Shown piece by piece: positions 34,053 through 64,000 of a stretch of DNA of 64,000 nucleotides. Numbering within the stretch: the stretch's first letter is position 1; the number at the start of each line of letters is the position of its first letter. A program made the translations under genes and the position numbers. This DNA is from the human T2T-CHM13v2.0 reference genome, Homo sapiens. The notes under the pieces were generated by a model. The model did not search any database and had not been told where the DNA came from. It was given only the letters and a program-made list of their open reading frames with translations. The DNA lies in assembly GCF_009914755.1 (NCBI RefSeq), contig NC_060926.1; one strand, 5' to 3'.

Positions 34053-34719
34053 GACACTTGGTTTTTCTAAAAAAAACTAAACGAACCGTTCTGCTACGGT
34101 ACGGGGTCGGGGGCTGCCGGGCGTGCACAGGGCACGGGGCGGGAGAGACGACGGCCTCCGGAGAGGACCCCGGGTTCCGCACTGCGTTCGCCGCCTCCGC
34201 CCGGCTCGGGGCGGCTCGGGGTTGGCTCAGGCAGCAAGCGGCGCCCGCCCGGCTCCTGCGACGTCTCCCCCGTGTCACGCCCGTTTCGCCGGCGTCCGCC
34301 AGGGGGCGCTCTGCGTTCCCGCCACGTGAGGCTGCGGCCCACCCGGCGGGTCCTGCTCCTCCGCGGCGGAGGCGTGGCCTCGGCTGGGACTAACCGGGGC
34401 GGGGCGGGGCGGGGCGGGGCGGGGCCGCCGCGACCGCGGGCTTCAGGCAGGGCTGCAGATGCGCGGCCCAGCTGTACCTCGCGTGTCCCGGGTCGGGAGT
34501 CGGAGACGCAGGTGCAGGAGAGTGCGGGGCAAGTAGCGCATTTTCTCTTTGCATTCTCGAGATCGCTTAGCCGCGCTTTAAAAAGGTTTGCATCAGCTGT
34601 GAGTCCATCTGACAAGCGAGGAAACTAAGGCTGAGAAGTGGGAGGCGTTGCCATCTGCAGGCCCAGGCAACCTGCTACGGGAAGACCGGGGACCAAGACC
34701 TCTGGGTTGGCTTTCCTAG

Positions 34720-47426
<12,707 letters not shown>

Positions 47427-47624
47427 GAGCAGGTGCCGGCTCCTCACACACCATGGAGACTACCATTGCGGCTGCATCGCCTTCTCCCCTCCATCCAGCC
47501 TGGCGTCCAGGTTGCCCTGTTCAGGGGACAGATGCAAGCTGTGGGGAGGACTCTGCCTGTGTCCTGTGTTCCCCACAGGGAGAGGCTCTGGGGGGATGGC
47601 TGGGGGATGCAGAGCCTCAGAGCA

Positions 47625-47630
47625 AATAAA
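47625..47630 (+). terminator. KHK: KHK proximal polyadenylation signal
   Basis: AATAAA about 200 nt after the stop. Confidence 0.75.
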
Positions 47631-48247
47631 TCTTCCTCAGAGCCAGCTTCTCCTCTCAATGTCTGAACTGCTCTGGCTGGGCATTCCTGAGGCTCTGACT
47701 CTTCGATCCTCCCTCTTTGTGTCCATTCCCCAAATTAACCTCTCCGCCCAGGCCCAGAGGAGGGGCTGCCTGGGCTAGAGCAGCGAGAAGTGCCCTGGGC
47801 TTGCCACCAGCTCTGCCCTGGCTGGGGAGGACACTCGGTGCCCCACACCCAGTGAACCTGCCAAAGAAACCGTGAGAGCTCTTCGGGGCCCTGCGTTGTG
47901 CAGACTCTATTCCCACAGCTCAGAAGCTGGGAGTCCACACCGCTGAGCTGAACTGACAGGCCAGTGGGGGGCAGGGGTGCGCCTCCTCTGCCCTGCCCAC
48001 CAGCCTGTGATTTGATGGGGTCTTCATTGTCCAGAAATACCTCCTCCCGCTGACTGCCCCAGAGCCTGAAAGTCTCACCCTTGGAGCCCACCTTGGAATT
48101 AAGGGCGTGCCTCAGCCACAAATGTGACCCAGGATACAGAGTGTTGCTGTCCTCAGGGAGGTCCGATCTGGAACACATATTGGAATTGGGGCCAACTCCA
48201 ATATAGGGTGGGTAAGGCCTTATAATGTAAAGAGCATATAATGTAAA

Positions 48248-48460
48248 GGGCTTTAGAGTGAGACAGACCTGGATTCAAATCTGCCATTTAATTAGCTGCA
48301 TATCACCTTAGGGTACAGCACTTAACGCAATCTGCCTCAATTTCTTCATCTGTCAAATGGAACCAATTCTGCTTGGCTACAGAATTATTGTGAGGATAAA
48401 ATCATATATAAAATGCCCAGCATGATGCCTGATGTGTACAAGGCTCTCAAAAAGTTCTAG
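48248..48460 (+). mobile_element. MIR SINE downstream of KHK (extended 3'UTR region)
   Basis: gggctttagagtgagacagacctggattcaaat...cctcaatttcttcatctgtcaaatgg...ttgtgaggataaa MIR core. Confidence 0.75.
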
Positions 48461-48770
48461 TGATGATTAATATTACTGGGGATGGGGTCACCTGCCCTGA
48501 GCTGCAGGAGAGCATGGGGTGTCTGAACACCAGGTGAGGGGGAACCGGTGAGGGTTTGGGGCCCAGGGATAGACTGAGCTTTCCTCACTGGGTCCTCTGC
48601 AGCCGGCCATGGCTAGCACCATGCGCTCTGCTGCCGGAGCACCGTGAGGCCCAGAAACACTGGGCAGGCGGCATCCCTGTCCTTTCGGTCCCCAACCCCG
48701 TTCCTCTGAGAGGGTCTGGGCAGGCTGGACGGGTAGAGAGGTGGCCCGGGGGGATGAATTCATTCAGTTC

Positions 48771-48776
48771 TTTATT
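48771..48776 (-). terminator. CGREF1: CGREF1 polyadenylation signal
   Basis: Plus-strand tttatt = AATAAA, 175 nt after the stop. Confidence 0.85.
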
Positions 48777-48950
48777 GGTAATCTGCCCCTTAACTTAGGG
48801 TCTCCCTGAGCTGCACAGAAAGACCTGATACCTACTGGGACCAGACAGGGGGCACAGAGATGGTCCTTGTCCCAGCGTACATTTCCCCTGCCCACTTCAG
48901 GGCTTATGTTCTGGCACTGAGACTTCGTGGGGTACCTGTATCTTCAAGAT

Positions 48951-51993
<3,043 letters not shown>

Positions 51994-53140
51994 CCTTCCT
52001 GGAACTGGAACAAGGAAGAGAATCAGGGGTCGGGGGAAAGAGGCGTCTGCCACCGTGTCACAGATGGGCTGGGTTAGACACAAGCGCATTTTCTGCCTGC
52101 TTCTACCTGCAGCCCCAAAGACAGGACTCCTGCTCAGGGAGGACTCACAGACAGACAGCAGGGATCCCATGGAACTATGCTCAAAATAAATGTCACTCCA
52201 GCTCTTGTATATAAAGCACATAAAGGCAGGCCTGCTGTGGCGGAAGCAGAGCTGGGGGCGCATCCCCACCCCACGCCCCATTCCCTTGCTCCCCACTAGG
52301 TGCCAAGGTGCCCAGAGAAGTACAGCGCAAGCATATCTGACCTCCTTCAGCCCATTCATCTTACAGATGGAAAGGAGCGCAGAAAGTTTAAGAAAAAGGC
52401 CAGGTAAGAAACGCAGGGAGTCACAAAAAGACCAAGACTTAAACACAGGCAAAAAGAGAAATGGACTGTTTGTGTTTATTAAAAACCCACTGAAGAACAA
52501 ATCAAAAGAGGCGCAGACTTCTTGAAATAGGTCTAAACTCAAGTACAAACTGCAAACACAATAAATCAGGGTCAGACCAACAGTGGCCCCAGGAATTGCT
52601 ATTTGCTAAATGCAGTTAGGAAAATTAGACCCACTATAAAGGAAAAAACAAAAACTTCCCCTAAGACTGACATGGCTTAGGCCCATTGGCAAAATCAACC
52701 ACTTGAGTATATGAAAACAGTCAAGGATAGAATGGACCAATCAAACAGAGCCTAAAGCTTTCTGGTGAGTCCCAGGGTATGTACAGGTAGTGTGAGTTCC
52801 TGAGGAAGCAGAAGCCCACCAAAGCCAAGGCATGAGACCCCAAGCCCATCTCTAGAAAGAAAAATCGTCAGATGCTTGATGGTCTAGCAGAGATCAGGAA
52901 CATCCCCATCTGGCTGACACTGGGTTTTCCTAGAGGAAGGTTCATAGCTTTCAGCAGATTCTCCAAGCAACCCATGACCCTAATAAGGTTCAGAACCACT
53001 GCCAGGATGGACTTCCATTTCCTAAGAGATGAGGGGTAGAGCAGGTAAGCACCTGGCTAATGGGAAGATAAACAAAATTCTGCCTTTTAAAGCTACCTTA
53101 AGGGAAAACTAGCTAAACATGGAAGTCCACAAGAAGATGA

Positions 53141-58075
<4,935 letters not shown>

Positions 58076-58301
58076 CCAAAAATAACAAAAACAGCACTAA
58101 TAAAAGAGACTACACTTAAAGAAATTAAAATAAATGAAATAATAGCAGAAATTAAAAACACAATAAAGAGAAGCAACAGAGCCAAACAAGGGTGGTTTCT
58201 TTAAAAAGACTAGTAAAATAAAAAATATATATATATATACAAAGAAACAAAAGCCTAGTAAAACAGACAAACCTTTGGCAATTTCAATTAGGAACAAAGA
58301 G

Positions 58302-59940
58302 AGCCAGGTGTTGTGGTTCACACCTGTAATCCCAGTGTGTCCGGAATTGGTGGGTTCTTGGTCTCACTGACTTCAAGAATGAAGCCGCGGACCCTCGCGG
58401 TTGAGTGTTACAGTTCCTAAAGGCGGCGTGTCTGGAGTTTGTTCCTTCTGATGTTCGGATGCGTTCGAAGTTTCTTCCTTCTGGTGGGTTTGTGGTCTCG
58501 CTGGCTCAGGAATGCAGCTGCGGACCTTCGCAGTGAGTGTTACAGCTCTTAAGGCAGTGCGTCTGGAGTTGTTCGTTTCTCCCAGTGGGTTCGTGATCTC
58601 GCTGGCTTCAGGAGTAAAGCTGTAGACCTTCGTGGTGAGTGTTACAGCTCATAAAGGCAGTGTGAACCCAAAGAGTGAGCAGCAGCAAGATTTATTGCAA
58701 AGAGCGAAAGAACAAAGCTTCCACACTATGGAAAACGACCTGAACAGGTTGCCACTACTGGCTCTGGCAGCCTGCTTTTATTCTCTTATCCGGCCCCCAC
58801 CCACATCCTGCTGATTGGTCCATTTTACAGAGAGCGGAGTGGTCTGTTTTGACAGGGTGCTGATTGGTGCGTTTACAATCCCTGAGCTAGACACAAAGGT
58901 TCTCCACGTCCCCACTAGGTTAGCTAGATACAGAGTGTCAATTGGTGCATTCCCAAACCCAGAGCTAGACACAGGGTGCTGATTGGTGTGTTTACAAACC
59001 TTGAGCTAGATACAGAGTGCCAACTGGCGTATTTACAATCCCTTAGCTAGACATAAAGGTTCTCCAAGTCCCCACCAGACTCAAGAGCTCAGCTGGCTTC
59101 ACCCAGTGGATCCTGCACCGGAGCCGCAGGTGGAGCTGCCTGTCAGTCCCACACCCTGCGCCCGCACTCCTCAGCCCTTGGGTGGTCGATGGGACAGGGC
59201 GCCGTGGAGCAGGGGGTGGCGCTCGTTGGGAGGCTTGGGCCGTGCAGGAGCCCACGGCAGTGGGGAGGCTCAGGCATGGCGGGCTGCAGGTCTCGAGCCC
59301 TGCCCCGCGGGGAGGCAGCTGAGGCCCGGCGAGAAGTAGAGCACAGCAGCTGCTGGCCCAGGTGCTAAGCCCCTCACTGCCCGGGGCCGGCGGGGCCGGC
59401 CGGCAGTTCCGAGTGCTGGGCCCCCGAGCCCACGCCCACCCGGAACTCGCGCTGGCCGGCAAGCGCCGCGCGCAGCCCCGGTTCGCGCTCGCGCCTCTCC
59501 CTACACACCTCCCTGCAAGCTGAAGGAGCCGGCTCCGGCCTTGGCCAGTACAGAAAGGGGCTCCCACAGTGCAACGGTGGGCTGAAGGGCTCCTCAAGCG
59601 CGGCCAGAGTGGGCGCCAAGGCCGAGGAGGCGCCGAGAACGAGCGAGGGCACACACTGTCACCTCTCACCAGCACTTTGGGAGGCTGAGGCAGAAGGATT
59701 GCTTGAGCCCAGAAGTTGGAGGCCAGCTTGGGCAACATAGTGAGACCCCCATCTCTACAAAAAATTAATTTTAAAAAATTAGCTGGGTGTGGTGGTGCAC
59801 GCCTGTAGTCCTAGCTACTTGGGAAGCTGAGGTGAAGGATGACTTGAGCCCAGGAGGTTGAGACTGCAGTGAGCTGTGATTGTGCTGCTGTACTCCAGCC
59901 TGGGTGACAGAGTGAGACCCCATTTCAGAAAAAAATAAAC
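58302..59940 (+). mobile_element. AluJ-like element split by the LTR12 insertion
   Basis: Alu 5' end ...cacctgtaatcccag (to 58335) resumes as cactttgggaggctgagg (from 59673) and runs to an A-rich tail. Confidence 0.88.
58336..59668 (-). mobile_element. Solo LTR12 (ERV9 LTR, LTR12C-like), 1333 bp
   Basis: Minus strand begins TGAGAGGTGACAG and ends GACCAAGAACCCACCAATTCCGGACACA (TG...CA termini). 4-bp TSD CCAG at 58332-58335 and 59669-59672. CpG-rich U3, 41-bp enhancer repeats (AGCTAGA at 58922, 58963, 59004, 59045), repeated U5 units. Subfamily assignment is from memory. Confidence 0.92.
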
Positions 59941-61577
59941 CAAAGACTAAAAGAACAAATAGAAAAGGCACAAACAATATTAAGAAGGAAAATAGGGACA
60001 TAACTAAAGAAACAGCAGAGATTTGAAAACTTAGAGGATATGGCCAATTTCCTAGAAAAACTTAATAGCAAAACTGATGCAAAAAGAAATAAGCTTTGAT
60101 AGTCTTACAATCACTAAGGAAACTGAATCAGTGAGTATTAACCTTTACTGCTTCTGGAACTATAAACCTGAAATGTTTTTAGAGAGCAGTCTGGAAATGT
60201 GTATTAATTTCCTAAAACTCTGACCCAACAATATCGTCTTGGGGATTACATAAAAGAATATAAATGGAAAAGAAATTACAAAGATATGTATAGCTGTGCT
60301 ATTAATATTAGTCAAACAAATGTAAGCAACCTGAATGTCTAACATTTAGGCAATGGCTGAACAAACCATATTATGTGATAGAACCATTAAATATAATACA
60401 TCAACTCAGAAAGTTTAAAAGGAAAAAATGAGCAGATTTGAGTATATCAAAAGTTTAAACTTCTGTGTCATGAAATATACCACAAATCACGTTCGAGGAG
60501 ACAAGTGACAGAGAACTGAAGGAATTGCCGCTAGTGTGTGGAGGCTTCCCGGGTCCCCAGAAGGGTGGGGTTCCACCACCTGGGCCTCAGCAGGAAGTAG
60601 AAGACAGAAATCTCCCTAGAAACCCTATGGGTACTGAATGGGGTCCAGGAGCCGCAGAGATGAGTGCCTTGTTTCCAGGAAGGTTAGAGAGAAGGCCCTG
60701 CCTACAGGGTGCCTGGGAGGTCAGGAAGCAGCAGCTGAAGGAGGGTCTGGGTGAATGGGCAGAGAGAGGGCTGCCTCTCCCAGTTCTTTGTATCTAGAGT
60801 GCTGCTGGTTTGAAGAAGGGGGCTGAGGTCAGCTGAGGGTTCCAGTCTCTAAGGTGGAAGGAGGGGTGCCTAATGGCTGAGAGAGCCAGTTGACCAGGAG
60901 AATGCCAGAAGTTCTGGCTCCCTGGCCTGGGTGCCACAGAGAATACCATGGAAAGCACCAACAGCTGCCACATGACAAAGACCAGAGGGCAAGCATCCGT
61001 AGGGAAGGCAAGTTAGATATAAGTTTGTACAATAAGGATAAATATTCATTTCTTTAATATTTATTGAACACCTGCCATATGTGAGGCACTCTCTTATCAC
61101 TAAGCTGATCTCTTAAGGTCGAATTACTTTTTCTTTTTCCCCCTAAAGCTTGCAAATATGTAAGTAGGAAAAGATACAAATGTTAACGCAAGAAAAACAC
61201 AGAATTGCTATGGAATAGGTGGTACGGCCCAAAGTTGGGGGGTATGGGCCCTGACCTCAGGCTGCCTGTGTTCAAATCTGGGCTCCGCAGCCCACTAGCT
61301 GTGCGGCTTTTCTGTGCTTCAGGTTCTCCATCTGTAATGCGGGGCTGACGAGAGCACCTCTGGCAGGGCTGTGGTGAGGGTTTAATTAATGAGACAAGAT
61401 GTGTAAAGTGCAGTGCCTGATCTACAATAAGGCCTTTTTCCTTCCAAGAGTTCATCTGCACGGCCCCACAGTGGCTTCACACACCCCCTTCCCACCTGGC
61501 TCCTCTCAAATTGCTTTCTCCACCCTATCTGTTTACTGCTAGGACCCAGGCCGACAGGAGGCACTGGAGTCATTTAA

Positions 61578-61943
<366 letters not shown>

Positions 61944-62064
61944 CTCAGATGCCTTTTAAAGGAGGATGTCTGTGAACTCCAAAGGATGACTCTGGGGGGA
62001 GCCGTTCAGGCATAAAGGGGAAGCACCCCTCAGATCCACTCATCCTCTCACTCATTAGGCCACT

Positions 62065-62748
62065 GTGGTAGCTTTAAAAACCTGTCTACACATTCTTTGA
62101 CATTCCTTCCCACAAAACTTGGAGTCTAACTCGCCTCCCCTTGTATATGATCTGGACTTAGTGACTGGCTTCTAATGAGTTGCTGAAATGGTGCTTACAT
62201 GACTTCCAAGTCCAAGTAATAAAAGTGACCTAGCTTATGCCTGGTTCTGGTTCTCCCCTTCACTTGACACACAGATGTGCACCTCTGGAACCTTGAGCCA
62301 CCATGGAAGGAGCCTGGTCTCCCCGAAACCACCCTACGGAAGAGAGAGTGTGGAGAACCCACCTAGAAACAGATGCCTGAGAAGCCTCCAGCTCAAATCT
62401 TCCCAGCCCAACAACCAGACAGGGGAGAGAGCCAAGCTCCGGATAATTCTAACCCCCAGCCTCTGAGCTGCCCCAGCCAACACTGAATGCAGTAGAAATG
62501 TGCTTGTCTCCACAGCCTGCACTCATGTGCAAAGTCAACATCAACGTTATCTTTTTGTGTGTGTGTGTGTGTGACAGGGTCTCACATGTTGCCCAGGCTG
62601 ATTGGAAACCCCCAGGCTCAAGCAATCCTCCTGCCTCGGCTTTCCAAAGTGCTGGGATTATAGGCATGAGCTACCATGCTGGGCCCATTATCCTTTTAAG
62701 CCATTACATTTTGAGGTGGTTTGTTACACTGCCATAGTAATTGGAAAA
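62065..62748 (+). mobile_element. MLT1-type MaLR LTR relic containing an Alu monomer with a (TG)n tail (~62555-62685)
   Basis: Starts tgtggtag; ends ttttaagccattacattttgaggtggtttgttacac...tagtaattggaaaa, typical of an MLT1 3' end. Confidence 0.65.
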
Positions 62749-63582
62749 CCAACCATGTAAGGGCTGGCTTCATGGGTGTGCGTCCTGTGAAGTCACAAGT
62801 TCCCCGCTCTCAGAGGGGCCCTGTGCTTAGGCTAATGCTCTGTTGTCACTATCTTGAAACTCTCAATCATTTTTGCACCGAGCCCTGCAAATTATGCACC
62901 TGGTCCTGAGTCCTACCCCGTGAATGACTATCACTCTCCTCTTCTTGGTCCTATGTACCCCTCATATATTTAACTCTTCAGTATGTTTAATGGACAGAAA
63001 ACAGAGCTTTGGAAACAGCCAGACCTACTTTTAAACCCAAGCTCCACCACTGAGTGTCCCTGTGACCTTGGGTAAATTAATTTTTCTCACTAAACTTCAG
63101 TTACCTTATCCACATACTGGAGATAATATTTACCTCACAGGGTTACAGTGAACATTAAATGAATAATGAATTACTTCTGGCACAAACTAATATACAAGCC
63201 TTTTAGTGTTATCCCTGTCTCTGGTATTTTCTCCACTTAAAGAACCCTCCACACCCACATCAGATAAATCATCCTTTGCTAGAATTCCACTGCTCTAGAA
63301 CCTTCAGTGGCTCCCTATTTCGATTACAGTCCAGAATCTTCACCTGGGCATTCAAGGCCTTCTACAATCAGATATCAAGTTACTGTTGACTCATCTTCCA
63401 GTGCTGTATTATGATAGCACACTGCTTCAAACCAAGGAGTTATTGGAGTCTCCTAAAATACTTTCCACTTTCACTTTTCAGTGCTTTTGCCCAACCTGTT
63501 CCATCCTCAATCTGGAATGTCCTGGGCCCTCCTGACAACCTTAGCATTCGGTTATAGCCCACCTCAAAAATGCAAGTGATTG

Positions 63583-64000
63583 GGCTGAGTACAATGGCTC
63601 ACGCCTGTAATCCCAGTACTTCGCAGGCCAAGGCAAAAGGATTGCTTGAAGCCAGGAGTTCGAGACCAGCCTGGGCAGCAAAATGAGACCCCCCCCATCT
63701 CTAAAAAAAACAAACAAAAATTGTTTTTAATTAGACAGCATGGTGGCTCAAATCTATGGTCCCAGCTACTTGAGAGGCTGATGCAGGAGGATCACTTCAG
63801 CCCAGGAGTTGAAGGCTGCAGTGAGCTATAATTACACCACTGCACTCCAGCCTGGATGACAGCAAGATGCCACCAAAAAAAAAAAAAAAAACAAAGGCCG
63901 GGCATGGTGGCTTACACCTGTAATCCCAGCACTTTAGGAGGCCAAGGTGGAAGGATCACCTGAGGTCAGGAGTTTGAGACCAGCCTGGCCAACATGGTGA
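63583..64000 (+). mobile_element. AluJ-like element followed directly by the start of another Alu (truncated by the window end)
   Basis: Alu consensus. Confidence 0.85.

Noticed and set aside
34312-34340. ChREBP ChoRE at the KHK promoter E-box
   Set aside because: A single CACGTG is present, but no second E-box-like half-site at the required 5-nt spacing.
58850-59060. 41-bp periodic repeats, and the 51-bp CGREF1 repeat, considered as CRISPR-like arrays
   Set aside because: Contiguous degenerate tandem units without unique spacers, in a eukaryotic context with no cas genes; explained as LTR enhancer repeats and a coding VNTR.
59043-59738. 231-aa and other ORFs within the LTR12
   Set aside because: GC-rich U3 and Alu sequence; no gag/pol/env similarity; the element is a solo LTR.

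Overview
Mammalian (human/hominoid, Alu-rich) genomic DNA that I recognise as the gene-dense AGBL5-OST4-EMILIN1-KHK-CGREF1 locus (human 2p23.3, from memory). I rebuilt all five spliced CDSs by hand from GT-AG junctions, and each closes in frame: AGBL5/CCP5 (+, 14 coding exons, 886 aa), OST4 (-, 37-aa microprotein), EMILIN1 (+, 8 exons, 1016 aa), KHK (+, 298 aa, mutually exclusive 135-nt exons 3A/3C) and CGREF1 (-, 5 coding exons, 301 aa in this allele; its main first exon appears to lie beyond the window end). The rest is about 40 Alus (some nested or inverted), L1/MIR/MER20/MLT1 relics and a solo LTR12 (ERV9 LTR). I see no CRISPR array, tRNA/rRNA or wholly new multi-gene system. Most ORF-track entries are Alu or GC-rich shadow ORFs. 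The best leads are: (1) a solo LTR12C-type element, sense to CGREF1 in intron 1, with intact-looking promoter motifs, candidate splice donors and an LTR ATG that would splice in frame onto the CGREF1 signal peptide; (2) a 51-bp coding VNTR in CGREF1; (3) a candidate CGREF1 terminal exon antisense to KHK exon 8, plus the AGBL5/OST4 tail-to-tail overlap; (4) KHK 3A/3C exclusivity that neither frame nor steric rules explain; (5) AGBL5 C-terminal switching by intronic polyadenylation and a 47-nt frameshifting cassette exon.
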